A stretch of DNA of 64,000 bases. Origin: Methanobacteriota archaeon. GTDB taxonomy: Archaea; Thermoplasmatota; Thermoplasmata; SG8-5; JAGLSY01. Positions within the stretch are counted from its first letter, which is position 1; each line of letters starts with the position of its first letter. Positions 27,932 to 37,555 of the stretch are shown piece by piece. The translations under genes were made by a program, and so were the position numbers. The stretch covers positions 778,149 through 842,148 of the forward strand of contig JAEHCO010000001.1 of NCBI GenBank assembly GCA_020697715.1. The letters are read 5' to 3'. The notes under the pieces were generated by a model. The model made no database searches. It had not been told where the DNA came from and saw nothing but the letters and a program-made list of their open reading frames with translations.

Positions 27932-30157
27932 ATGAACAAAATAAACAAAATACTGGCCATGGCGGTAGTAATAGCCATGGCATGCGCTAGTATTATAATC
28001 GTGTCGCCGAACAATACGGTGATGGCAGAGGATTCAGCGAAGCCTTTAGCAGAGTTGAATGCGGGATATCCGGCAGGCATAGATAAAGTTGCCTGGCACT
28101 CGGATGGAAGCTTTGCACTTGGTATACAGAGTGGTACAGAACACATTTACAAGTACACAAGACAGACAATGAGCTGGGCCAGTGATTATAACCTTCCCGT
28201 TGGCGATACCTTCATTGATATCAAGTACAGTGAGTTCTTCGATATGTTCTATATTGTTGGAACGCAAAGTGGCCAGCAAGAAGCATGGAGCTATGATTAC
28301 AGCATCCAGAATTTGCTTGACCTGAACTCACCCAAGACAACCATGGGAGTCTATAATGGACTATGCCTGGCTGATGAAGGTGGAACACAACCCTATGCTT
28401 TCCTTGCAGTGGGCTATGCTGATACAAGCAAAGGATGTGCAGCATGGTTCGATGAAGCGGTTGATACTTGGACCGATGTGACCACTGGATTGACTTTGAA
28501 CCACGAACTTTATGATGTAACATGGGACCATGGCTTTACTGCAAATCCATATTGGATCGTCGGAGAGGATATGGGCACGGGGGCTGGAGTTATCTATTTC
28601 ATGAACAGTCCGGGTAATAACAAGGCCAACATCTTTGACACATCTGGCTGGGGTGTTACACCCGGTGCACTGAATGCCATTGACTGGAGGCCTTCAGGCG
28701 GAGCAGACCATGCTATAATGGCTGGAGGCAATTACGGTAACGGAAATGTCTGGCTTTTTGATGGTTTCAATGGAGAAGCTATACTCGATAACACAGATTC
28801 CTACACAGACGCATGCTGGCACCCTGATGGGGGCATGGCCATGGTTGTTGGCTACAATGTTGCTACTGATGGGATAATTCAGCATTATATCCCGGACAAC
28901 GAAGATACCCTCACGAAGATGAGCACAGATGGTGATTATGGACCATTCTATGGCGTTGATGTAAAAGCCTGGTCGAGTCCAAGTTCTGGTTTGATAGTCG
29001 GAGCTACTGGTGCAGTTGGATCATATCTCTCAGCATCTGATGGGAGCACGACATTGACAGTCAATGCCGCTTTCCCGCACATATACGATATAGACATGTG
29101 GAAGACCAGCGATGCTGGTGAAACCTCTACACTAAATGCACGTGTAGATGTTGAAGAGACTTACACCTTCTACACCGAGGTGAACTACACGATCGGTGGA
29201 ACAGATATGTTATTCGATGGTATCAATAACACCTTTGTGGACCTGACAGCGTGGTTCGATGATGGAAATGATGCTACAAGTATGACTCCATCAGCAAGTG
29301 ATGATTCGCACAGAACTAGAAAATTCGTGGCAAGATTCTACGAAACGACCAGTCTGGTTGCAAGTGGTGCAACCGGAGAGATAATATACCCAGATTCAAC
29401 AACCAATGAAATCTTGTTTGATAGTGTCGGATGCAGCGGACCATACGGTGCTGATGACAGGTACGGTGTTTGGATCAATGTCACCTTCGGCCCTCAGATG
29501 AGAGCTGGCGATGGCCAGAATTTTGCAAATGGAGCTGCAGGTAGTATATTCGACAGCAATCAGGCATTCGATGATGATGACAGCTGGAACTTCCAGATGG
29601 AGGTATATGATAATGATTATCCCGGAGCGACAAACACCACATACGAGGAGTTCGGAATATTCATGGCCACGAACATCACGGTGTCCAATAATCCAAGTGT
29701 CAATGCCCCTCCAGGAAGTGTGAGCCAGGCATTTGATTCCAACAGTTTGATCACGTATTCGGCCAATATTCCGTACCACGTGAATGTGTCAATTGAGAGA
29801 TTGAACTTGACAACCGATGATACCAAATTCATACCCGCCAGTAATGTCAATGCAAGTCTTGTCGACATGTACCCAGTTGGATTCGATCTTGAACCATACA
29901 CAGAAATAAATGCAACATGGGGAGCTGCTGGAAGACCATTTGCAGCAGCCAATACAGAGCGTATGGTATGGGGCAATACAAGCCAGGCAACCGAGCTGGT
30001 ACCAGCTCCGAACAATGGAACTGCCGCACATGGTCCTGTATACTCGAACTTTAACGGATATGGAGCAACTGAGGTCGCATGGTGGATCAATGTACCAGGA
30101 GCGACAGCTGAGGGAATATACCAGGCCACGATCACTTTCAAGATCGGGTACTATTAG
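27932..30157 (+). CDS. Array gene 10: minimal member (no insert), close paralog of gene 9
   Basis: AEDSAKPLAELNAGYP runs directly into AGIDKVAWH; seven blade-like repeats; ends GIYQATITFKIGYY. Confidence 0.9.
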   Translation: MNKINKILAMAVVIAMACASIIIVSPNNTVMAEDSAKPLAELNAGYPAGIDKVAWHSDGSFALGIQSGTEHIYKYTRQTMSWASDYNLPVGDTFIDIKYSEFFDMFYIVGTQSGQQEAWSYDYSIQNLLDLNSPKTTMGVYNGLCLADEGGTQPYAFLAVGYADTSKGCAAWFDEAVDTWTDVTTGLTLNHELYDVTWDHGFTANPYWIVGEDMGTGAGVIYFMNSPGNNKANIFDTSGWGVTPGALNAIDWRPSGGADHAIMAGGNYGNGNVWLFDGFNGEAILDNTDSYTDACWHPDGGMAMVVGYNVATDGIIQHYIPDNEDTLTKMSTDGDYGPFYGVDVKAWSSPSSGLIVGATGAVGSYLSASDGSTTLTVNAAFPHIYDIDMWKTSDAGETSTLNARVDVEETYTFYTEVNYTIGGTDMLFDGINNTFVDLTAWFDDGNDATSMTPSASDDSHRTRKFVARFYETTSLVASGATGEIIYPDSTTNEILFDSVGCSGPYGADDRYGVWINVTFGPQMRAGDGQNFANGAAGSIFDSNQAFDDDDSWNFQMEVYDNDYPGATNTTYEEFGIFMATNITVSNNPSVNAPPGSVSQAFDSNSLITYSANIPYHVNVSIERLNLTTDDTKFIPASNVNASLVDMYPVGFDLEPYTEINATWGAAGRPFAAANTERMVWGNTSQATELVPAPNNGTAAHGPVYSNFNGYGATEVAWWINVPGATAEGIYQATITFKIGYY

Positions 30158-30200
30158 AAATGAGCTCCCCCAAAGCTAAATAACTGAAATGACCAAAAAT

Positions 30201-30255
30201 AGGGGGCGGTAGAGGATTCTCTCCTTTCCACTACCGTCCTCCCCTTTCCTTTTAT
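30201..30255 (+). terminator. Hairpin + T-rich terminator closing the array
   Basis: GGGGGCGGTAG (30202-30212) pairs with CTACCGTCCTC (30231-30241), followed by TTTCCTTTT. Confidence 0.7.
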
Positions 30256-30378
30256 GTTCCTATTATTTTCATAATTAATAGATATATGATATAGATAATG
30301 ATGAATTCCTATAATCAATAATTAGGCACAAAGATTTATTAATGGGTAGGGGTTATAATCAACTATCAAGGTAATATT

Positions 30379-32403
30379 ATGGTACCACCCAAGAAAGAGG
30401 ATGAAAAAATCTGTGAAGCTCCAGTTGACTCTTGGATAGAGGAGCAGACATTCATCTCTACAGAAGATATAGAGATCCCAGAGAATATGGCTGATCAGGT
30501 CATAGGCCAAAAGGACGCGGTCTATGTCATCAAGAAAGCGGCAGAGCAGAGAAGACACGTCATGTTAATAGGGGAGCCTGGTACTGGAAAGTCCATGCTC
30601 GCACATTCTATGGTGGAATTCCTTCCAATGGGAGAGAATGAGGATCTGATAGCGTATGCCAATAAAGAGGATCCCAATGAACCATTGATAAAGGTGGTGC
30701 CAGCAGGTAAGGGCAAAGAGATAGTGAATGCCCAGAAAGCAGAGGTCACTCAACGCATGGAGCAGAAAGCACAGGCGATGATGACAATAATATTCCTTAT
30801 TGTTGGTTTTTCAATTGTCATGTTCGTGCTGGATGGTATGAACAATGGAGAATATAATCCAATGTGGATATTCTTCGGTATATTGGCTGCTGTTTTCATC
30901 TATATGGCCTCAAGATGGCCGGGCTCAAGACAGGAGCAGGCGAGTATTCCAAAGATGCTCCTAAGCCGTTCACCAGATGAGTCGCCATCTTTCATAGATG
31001 CAACTGGAGCACACGCGGGTGCTCTCCTTGGAGATGTGAAGCACGATCCTTTCCAGAGTGGTGGATTAGAGACTCCAGCTCATGATAGGGTGGAGGTTGG
31101 AGCAATTCACAAAGCCAATAAAGGTGTTCTATTCATAGATGAGATCAATATGCTGAAAATGGAGAGCCAGCAGAGCCTTCTGACAGCGCTTCAGGAAAAG
31201 GCTTTTTCCATTGTGGGACAGAGCGAGAGAAGCTCGGGTGCCATGGTCAAAAGCCAACCAGTTCCCTGTGATTTTATATTGGTTGCCGCGGGTAATCTTG
31301 ACTCCATATATGGAATGAGAGATGAGAATGGAGGCCTGAGAGGTGGAATGCATCCAGCTCTCAGATCAAGGATACGCGGTTATGGCTATGAAACTTACAT
31401 GAGGAACACGATGCCAGATTCGGATGAGAACAGAAAGAAGCTCATCAGGTTCGTGGCTCAGGAAGTTACCAAGGATAAGAAGATCCCTCATTTTACTAAA
31501 AAAGCAGTAGCGGAGATCATAAGAGAAGCTCAGAGACGAACTGGACGTCGTGGGCGTCTGACTCTCCGATTGAGAGAGCTCGGTGGACTGGTGCGTGTTG
31601 CTGGAGATATTGCAAAAGGAAAGAACAATCCACTTGTCACGGAGCTTGAAGTTGTGGAGGCAAAGAAAGTTGCTAGATCCCTTGAAAAACAGATAGTGGA
31701 AAGGATGATCGAGCATTCGATGGACTATCCAACAACATCGATAGTAGGTGGAGCTGTAGGTCTAGTAAATGGATTGGCCGTCATGCAAGGCGATGCTTCC
31801 ATGTCCGAAATGTCTGGAATTGTTCTACCCATAGCTGCAGAAGTAACTCCTGCCCAGGCGAAGTCCAATGGAAGGATAATCGCCACTGGAAAGCTTGGAG
31901 AGATGGCCAAAGAATCAGTCCAGAATGTGTCAGCTCTTTTCAAGAAGCTGACTGGAGAGGATATCAGTAATCATGATGTCCATGTTCAATTCATAGGGAG
32001 CAGAGATGGTACCGAGGGTGACTCAGCTTCTATATCTGTAGCAACTGCTGTCTTTTCCGCACTGGAAGGAGTGGAGGTCGACCAAAGTGTGGCAATGACT
32101 GGTTCTCTCAGTGTGCGCGGCAAGGTTCTTCCAGTTGGAGGGGTGACTGCGAAGATCGAAGCTGCTGCCGAGATGGGACTCAGAAAAGTGATAATACCAA
32201 AATCCAATCTCAAGGATGTTATTCTCGAGGATAGGTATGTGGATATGATAGAGATCGTTCCAGTAGATACTATAGGTGAGGTTCTGGAGCATGCATTGAT
32301 CTTCGGTCCTGACAAAGATGGATTGCTTAAGAGATTGGCGGCTTCGATAGTTCCAAAAGGTGTCACTCCTCTCAAGGTCAAGCCAGAGAGTACTCCTGTA
32401 TAA
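30379..32403 (+). CDS. lonB: Archaeal membrane-bound ATP-dependent protease LonB
   Basis: Walker A GEPGTGKS, two TM helices within the AAA module, Walker B LFIDEI, EGDSAS catalytic Ser, PVGGVTAK Lys. Confidence 0.95.
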   Translation: MVPPKKEDEKICEAPVDSWIEEQTFISTEDIEIPENMADQVIGQKDAVYVIKKAAEQRRHVMLIGEPGTGKSMLAHSMVEFLPMGENEDLIAYANKEDPNEPLIKVVPAGKGKEIVNAQKAEVTQRMEQKAQAMMTIIFLIVGFSIVMFVLDGMNNGEYNPMWIFFGILAAVFIYMASRWPGSRQEQASIPKMLLSRSPDESPSFIDATGAHAGALLGDVKHDPFQSGGLETPAHDRVEVGAIHKANKGVLFIDEINMLKMESQQSLLTALQEKAFSIVGQSERSSGAMVKSQPVPCDFILVAAGNLDSIYGMRDENGGLRGGMHPALRSRIRGYGYETYMRNTMPDSDENRKKLIRFVAQEVTKDKKIPHFTKKAVAEIIREAQRRTGRRGRLTLRLRELGGLVRVAGDIAKGKNNPLVTELEVVEAKKVARSLEKQIVERMIEHSMDYPTTSIVGGAVGLVNGLAVMQGDASMSEMSGIVLPIAAEVTPAQAKSNGRIIATGKLGEMAKESVQNVSALFKKLTGEDISNHDVHVQFIGSRDGTEGDSASISVATAVFSALEGVEVDQSVAMTGSLSVRGKVLPVGGVTAKIEAAAEMGLRKVIIPKSNLKDVILEDRYVDMIEIVPVDTIGEVLEHALIFGPDKDGLLKRLAASIVPKGVTPLKVKPESTPV

Positions 32404-32415
32404 GAGGGGATCAAT

Positions 32416-32604
32416 TTGGTTGGCAATTTGGAATTCTACGGCAAAAAGATGGATAAAAAGCATGAACCTTTGGTTGGACGTATCTGTTATGTCTTCAATA
32501 CGATGCTTCCAAGAGATGCCAATGACACGATCTGTACACATTGTATCAAGTTCATGACCCTTGAGTGTGAACATATTGATGAGTTCGTGGGAGATGATGA
32601 TTAG
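32416..32604 (+). CDS. Small Cys/His-rich hypothetical protein (possible Zn binder)
   Basis: Fills the lonB-nadM gap with a GAGGGGG SD; C...CTHC...CEH pattern. Confidence 0.55.
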   Translation: MVGNLEFYGKKMDKKHEPLVGRICYVFNTMLPRDANDTICTHCIKFMTLECEHIDEFVGDDD

Positions 32605-33116
32605 TGATCGCCCTTATGATCGGGCGTTTCCAACCATTTCATAATGGCCACTTGCAGGTTGTTAAAGAGATACTGGAAAATGTCGATATTGATGAGCTCA
32701 TCATCGGAATAGGAAGTTCTCAATATGACCATGAAAAAAATAATCCTTTCTCATATGAAGAAAGAAAGGATATGATCTCACTTTCTTTGGATAAAGAGAA
32801 AGTGCACAATTATTCAATGGTTCCAATTCCAGATATTCATAATTATCCTATCTGGGTGGAACATGTTCGTAAGCATGTTCCTCACTATGATGTCGTCTAC
32901 ACTCGAAGCCAGCTTACAAAGCGTCTCTTCGAAGAGGCAGGGGACAAGGTGATAGAAACCGACCTCTATGACAGAAAAATATACTCTGGCTCTGAGATCA
33001 GGAGAAGGATTGTGACCAAAGAAAAATGGCAATATCTTGTTCCAGATGGCACATTGCTCGTACTCGATAGGATCGGCGGTGTTTCCCGCATCATCGAGTC
33101 TCAAGAAGATCAATAA
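32604..33116 (+). CDS. nadM: Nicotinamide-nucleotide adenylyltransferase
   Basis: GRFQPFHNGH (HxGH), GIGSSQ, NPFSYEER, SGSEIRRRI. Confidence 0.92.
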   Translation: MIALMIGRFQPFHNGHLQVVKEILENVDIDELIIGIGSSQYDHEKNNPFSYEERKDMISLSLDKEKVHNYSMVPIPDIHNYPIWVEHVRKHVPHYDVVYTRSQLTKRLFEEAGDKVIETDLYDRKIYSGSEIRRRIVTKEKWQYLVPDGTLLVLDRIGGVSRIIESQEDQ

Positions 33117-33138
33117 TGTACAGATAGGAAGGGTGAAA

Positions 33139-33612
33139 ATGAGACCAATTGAGATCCTGGCCGAGAAGATGACCATGTCCCAGAGAACACTGGGCATTGC
33201 GGAATCATGTACAGGAGGACTGCTTAGTCATCACATAACCAATATTCCTGGAAGTTCCAATTTCTTTGAAGGTGGCGTGGTGGCCTATAGCGATGCTGCC
33301 AAAATGAAGATATTGGCTGTTACTGAGGAATGTCTGAAAACAAATGGAGCTGTAAGTGAAAGAACAGCACTGGCCATGGCAGATGGGGCCAGGGATATTT
33401 TCTCCGCAGATATAGGCATAGGGATCACAGGCATTGCTGGACCCGATGGAGGTTCTGAAGAAAAGCCAGTGGGTCTTGTCCACATCGCGATATCGGATGT
33501 GAATGATTTCATTTCGATGAAGTTCGAGTTCGATGGAGATAGAAGAGCGATAAAAGATCTGGCTATTGAGAAGGCAGTGGATATGAGCCTTCTGTTCCTG
33601 GCTGAACATTAA
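33139..33612 (+). CDS. pncC: CinA C-terminal family / NMN deamidase
   Basis: AESCTGG, PGSS, GAVS, TGIAGP.GG..EKPVGLV motifs. Confidence 0.85.
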   Translation: MRPIEILAEKMTMSQRTLGIAESCTGGLLSHHITNIPGSSNFFEGGVVAYSDAAKMKILAVTEECLKTNGAVSERTALAMADGARDIFSADIGIGITGIAGPDGGSEEKPVGLVHIAISDVNDFISMKFEFDGDRRAIKDLAIEKAVDMSLLFLAEH

Positions 33613-33666
33613 GAAATGAATGAACGAAGGTTTAATGTTCCTTATCACATTATCGTGGAGGTTGGC

Positions 33667-34347
33667 ATGAGGATATCTACTGGTTGTGATGTGATAGACG
33701 AGCTTCTTGGCGGTGGCATCGAGCAGGGGACCATCTCCCTGATATATGGCGAGGCAGGAAGTGGTAAGACCAATTTATGCATCCAGACCGCCAAGATAAT
33801 GGTGCTTTCAGGTAAGAAGGTCATATACATCGATACCGAAGGCCTATCACAGGATAGGATCGAACAAATGTGCGGTGATGACTATGAAATGATCATGAAG
33901 AATCTATTGATCTTCGAGCCTTATGCCTTTGATGAACAGGAAAATATTGTGGAAAAGGCCGTGAACCTTGCTCAGAAGAATGATGATATTGGATTGGTGA
34001 TCCTTGATTCCGCAACTCTCCATTATCGGATCGAATCCGGGCATGATTCAGAACGCGGTGAACGGCGTTCTCTGACGAAGCAGATCACGGCCTTACTTCG
34101 CCTTTGTCGAAAGAGAAAGATCGCCATATTGTTAACAAGTCAGGTCTTTACAGATGTGGATGTCGGCATCTTCAAGCCTCTGGGAGGTCATGTCCTCCAT
34201 CACAATGCCAAGGCCGTGATCCGGCTGGACAAGGTTGGTACTGGATTGCGTGAGGCGGTTTTAATGAAACATAGGGCCAGGGCTGAGGGTAAAAAGGTTC
34301 TATTTAGACTTACTGAGAATGGTCTTGAATGTATTGAGAATCCTTAA
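33667..34347 (+). CDS. radB: DNA repair and recombination protein RadB
   Basis: STGC..IDELLGGG, GEAGSGKT, YIDTEG, C-terminal KHR motif typical of RadB. Confidence 0.92.
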   Translation: MRISTGCDVIDELLGGGIEQGTISLIYGEAGSGKTNLCIQTAKIMVLSGKKVIYIDTEGLSQDRIEQMCGDDYEMIMKNLLIFEPYAFDEQENIVEKAVNLAQKNDDIGLVILDSATLHYRIESGHDSERGERRSLTKQITALLRLCRKRKIAILLTSQVFTDVDVGIFKPLGGHVLHHNAKAVIRLDKVGTGLREAVLMKHRARAEGKKVLFRLTENGLECIENP

Positions 34348-34466
34348 TTATCGAGCATTGTTTTTTCCAATAGCCTATGTTATTTCTAATCGCTTATATT
34401 CTAAATATCGCTAGCGATTAAAAAAACTAATACGTCTATATTCATTATTTATTCAGAGTATTTGTT

Positions 34467-35567
34467 TCAATGACCTCTGTGCACCAGGAAGTCCACCGCA
34501 TCTTCAAAGATCAGCCTCTGATTATCATTGAAGCCAGGTATGTTCCTTATTTGCTTCTTTGCCTCACTGGCATATTCCAATGTTATATCCCTGACCATAT
34601 CCTTGATCCCATATTCCTCATAAAGTTCGATCATCTGTTTGGTCATGAAGAAATCTCTTTGATTCCTATCCATACTGAACACACTTTTCACCCAGGCAAG
34701 GGTCTCATTATCTCCTGCCTTTCTTAATTCATCCAGAAGTTTGATCAAAAGAAGTGTGCGTTTACCCTCGACAATATCTCCACCCAGTTCCTTACCGGTA
34801 TCGGTGCTGAATACATTGAGCCAATCATCATGTATCTGGAATGCCCTGCCTAAGGGAAGGCCGAACTCGATCAGACTATTCATCGCCTTCTGGTTATCTG
34901 AAACTATCGCACCCAGCCTCAGAGGTCCGATGATCGTATACCAGCATGTTTTTCTATCCACCATTGCGAAGTATTCGTCCTCACTTATCAATTTCCTACC
35001 TGTGGTCCAGCCGATCTCCAGGAACTGTCCCTCACAAGTTTTTTGAAGTAGGCTATTCAATTCTCTATATAATTCCATTGTCTTGTCAATACCCAGAGTC
35101 TCCTGGTTTGACATGAGAACGTCCCACATTATGAGGTGAAGATGATCTCCTGCATTGACAGATAGCTCGTCCCCGTACAGAACTGGCAACGATGGTTTTC
35201 CCCTTCTCTCTAGAGAATGATCCTCAAAATCATCATGTATGAGTATCCAGTCCTCCGAGATCTCCATAGCGGCGGCGGTCTTCAATCCTTTTGATATATC
35301 TGTTTTATTGGCAATTGTCGACAAAAGCACTAAGCCTGGCCGAACATATTTACCGCCTCTATCAGGATATTCGGACAGCATCTTTTTGTGATGATGCAAT
35401 CCATATTCCTCTGGCATGATCTTGGACTTATCAGGCACATGTTGGAATATCTCATCTCTAATCGCGATCCTATTTTCCTGTAGGAAATCCAAAAATAAGC
35501 TTTCCTTTTCTATGCCATCTACCGTGATATATTTAGCTACGTTCTCTTTTCTCTTCATTCTCTTCAT
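34467..35567 (-). CDS. idsA: Polyprenyl (GGPP-type) diphosphate synthase
   Basis: GGKYVRP, LIHDDFED...RRG first Asp-rich motif, GQFLE, KT, FQIHDD, GKELGGDIVEGK. Confidence 0.88.
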   Translation of the reverse strand: MKRMKRKENVAKYITVDGIEKESLFLDFLQENRIAIRDEIFQHVPDKSKIMPEEYGLHHHKKMLSEYPDRGGKYVRPGLVLLSTIANKTDISKGLKTAAAMEISEDWILIHDDFEDHSLERRGKPSLPVLYGDELSVNAGDHLHLIMWDVLMSNQETLGIDKTMELYRELNSLLQKTCEGQFLEIGWTTGRKLISEDEYFAMVDRKTCWYTIIGPLRLGAIVSDNQKAMNSLIEFGLPLGRAFQIHDDWLNVFSTDTGKELGGDIVEGKRTLLLIKLLDELRKAGDNETLAWVKSVFSMDRNQRDFFMTKQMIELYEEYGIKDMVRDITLEYASEAKKQIRNIPGFNDNQRLIFEDAVDFLVHRGH

Positions 35568-36625
35568 CCCATCCCTCCAAGACCTTCGAACCAGGTTGCG
35601 GTGATACCAGTTATTACCTTACTGGCACCAGCCAATTCTTCAATGTTCCTGCAACCTGTAAGGAACATCGCTCCTTTTAATTCTGATATTATAAGTCTAA
35701 GTTCTGTTTCCACAGCATCTCCACTCTCCATTGCGGCTGCCAATACCTGTTTAGCAATGCCAGCTGAACTAGCACCCATGACAATGCTACGTGCGACATC
35801 CAGTCCATTCTTTATCCCACCAGTTGCGATCATTGGCAATCCGACATCAGCCGTCTTGAGTGATATCGGTGTAGGAATACCCCAGTTCCAGAAGGTGTCG
35901 CCCATCCTTTTCAATCTTGAATTATCATCTCTCACAGCTCTGTGGAATTCCACCGCGGAAAAGCTGGTGCCACTCATGCCACCAATATCAAATCCTCTCA
36001 CTCCAGCATCTTTCAAGCGTGTTGCCACGTCCTTTGACAGGCCAGCTCCAGTCTCCTTGGCAATGACAGGTAATTCACTCGCAACCTGTCTTATGGCCTC
36101 AAGGCAACCCCTGGCCTTTGTGTCCCCCTCTATCTGCCCGATCTCCTGGGCGAAGTTCAGATGAATAGCCAGTATATCAGCATCTATCATATCCATAGCA
36201 GTCTTGCATGCATCTATACCAAAGGCGGCCTTATCTCCTTGCTGTATGAGCTGGGGAGCTCCGATATTTCCTATCATCAGAGGCACATTGTTCCCTTTTA
36301 CAATATCATAGGTTCCGGCCATTTCCGGCTCCTCAATGGCCGCTCTCTGGCTTCCGATGCCCATGCCGACACCCACTCGGCCAGCACCTATGGCCAGGTT
36401 GCGGTTGATATCGGTCGCACCATCAAATCCTCCTGTTATGGCGGCGATCACAATAGGAGCCTGTAACTTTTTTCCGAAAAGCTCGATCGAGGTGTCAATT
36501 TCATCCATATCGATCTCAGGTAGAGCATTGTGAACCAATGTTATGTCTGTCCAGTAATCTATGTCCGAATCCACCTGCTCGTTCAGGCATATATCAATAT
36601 GCTGGGCTTTTCTTGGCATCACCAT
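35564..36625 (-). CDS. fni: Type 2 isopentenyl-diphosphate delta-isomerase
   Basis: RKAQHI, HNALPE, TGG, GIGSQRAA, HLN..QE, KETGAG, GGMSGTSF. Confidence 0.95.
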   Translation of the reverse strand: MVMPRKAQHIDICLNEQVDSDIDYWTDITLVHNALPEIDMDEIDTSIELFGKKLQAPIVIAAITGGFDGATDINRNLAIGAGRVGVGMGIGSQRAAIEEPEMAGTYDIVKGNNVPLMIGNIGAPQLIQQGDKAAFGIDACKTAMDMIDADILAIHLNFAQEIGQIEGDTKARGCLEAIRQVASELPVIAKETGAGLSKDVATRLKDAGVRGFDIGGMSGTSFSAVEFHRAVRDDNSRLKRMGDTFWNWGIPTPISLKTADVGLPMIATGGIKNGLDVARSIVMGASSAGIAKQVLAAAMESGDAVETELRLIISELKGAMFLTGCRNIEELAGASKVITGITATWFEGLGGMG

Positions 36626-36628
36626 GTT

Positions 36629-37393
36629 CTAACCACCTCTGACCTTAGTTCCTATTATCTCCTTACCTTCAAGAGCGTCCTTCAATCTACCTGGCACAAG
36701 GCCATTCAGAAGGATCACATCACAACCTGTAGAGGTGATGTTGAATATAAGTTCGAGCTTTCTTTCCATACCACCGGTCACATCGGTGTTCATGGATTTG
36801 AATTTAATATCCTGACCGTGTTCGATATCTGGAATTGGCCCCTCGCCTTCATCAGGTGGGTAATGCGAGAATATGCCCTCCTCGGAGGTCACGAAGATAC
36901 ATTTCTTGATATCCAGCTCCTTGGCCAGATGTGTCATGATATCATCACCAGAGCAGATGCATACTCCCTTTTTCCTATCAACTACAACATCGCCGAAGCT
37001 GATGGGTGTTATTCCAATATCCAGGTAATGTTTGAAGATATTGGCTGGGAGCTCCATGAGCTCTCCATCCTCAAAGATCGATATCGCGCCAGCCGGTATG
37101 CTGGCAACTGGCATTCCAGCCGCATGAAAGGCGTCCACGACCAGGCCATTGAGCTTTCTCATGTCCATCTGAACTTCGTCAATGCCCTGTTTGTGGTCAG
37201 GATGGCCGATGCCATCCTGAAGACAATATTCCTTGGCCTTGATATGACCGAAAGAGCCAGCACCGTGAATGATAAGACAATCCTGTCCTGAATCTGCAAT
37301 TTCCTGTGTAAGTCTAGCAATTATATCCATCCTTGGAGTCATATCCTTGGATTTATCGGTTATCACACTGCCCCCGAGTTTTACCAATATCAT
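36629..37393 (-). CDS. ipk: Isopentenyl phosphate kinase
   Basis: KLGGSVITDK, HGAGSFGH, SGDD, DVTGGM..KL; clustered with fni and idsA. Confidence 0.92.
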   Translation of the reverse strand: MILVKLGGSVITDKSKDMTPRMDIIARLTQEIADSGQDCLIIHGAGSFGHIKAKEYCLQDGIGHPDHKQGIDEVQMDMRKLNGLVVDAFHAAGMPVASIPAGAISIFEDGELMELPANIFKHYLDIGITPISFGDVVVDRKKGVCICSGDDIMTHLAKELDIKKCIFVTSEEGIFSHYPPDEGEGPIPDIEHGQDIKFKSMNTDVTGGMERKLELIFNITSTGCDVILLNGLVPGRLKDALEGKEIIGTKVRGG

Positions 37394-37487
37394 ATGGAAA
37401 AGGAAAGATTGGACACAATATATATAGTTAATGATAGCACGCGTGTTTTTGTTTAAAGATCGATATCTAGAGAAAGCTGAAGCTGAT

Positions 37488-37535
37488 AAAAAATAAAAGT
37501 AAAAAGGAAAGGGTGGGAGAGCGTGTCTCCCATTC
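37488..37535 (-). terminator. Hairpin + T-tract terminator of the stand-alone surface protein gene
   Basis: Minus strand TGGGAGA-CACGC-TCTCCCA followed by TTTCCTTTTTACTTTTATTTTTT. Confidence 0.7.
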
Positions 37536-37555
37536 TCCGTAGTGAACTACCAGAT

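Noticed and set aside
22102-30157. Diversity-generating retroelement (TR/VR pair) explaining the near-identical repeats
   Set aside because: No reverse transcriptase in the window; both copies lie inside intact genes; the mismatches (G/A, T/C, A/T, C/T) are not adenine-specific.
1-30157. Array as a provirus or mobile island
   Set aside because: No integrase, transposase, capsid, terminase or att sites are visible, and a paralog sits among housekeeping genes; the left boundary is outside the window, so this is not fully excluded.
643-30179. Numerous short antisense or alternate-frame ORFs overlapping the array genes, including apparently duplicated ones
   Set aside because: Shadows of the long + strand genes; their duplication simply mirrors the repeated coding DNA.
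34387-34420. TAATCGCT/AGCGATTA inverted repeat between convergent radB and idsA
   Set aside because: Short stem with a long loop; at most an ordinary bidirectional terminator, too weak to call.
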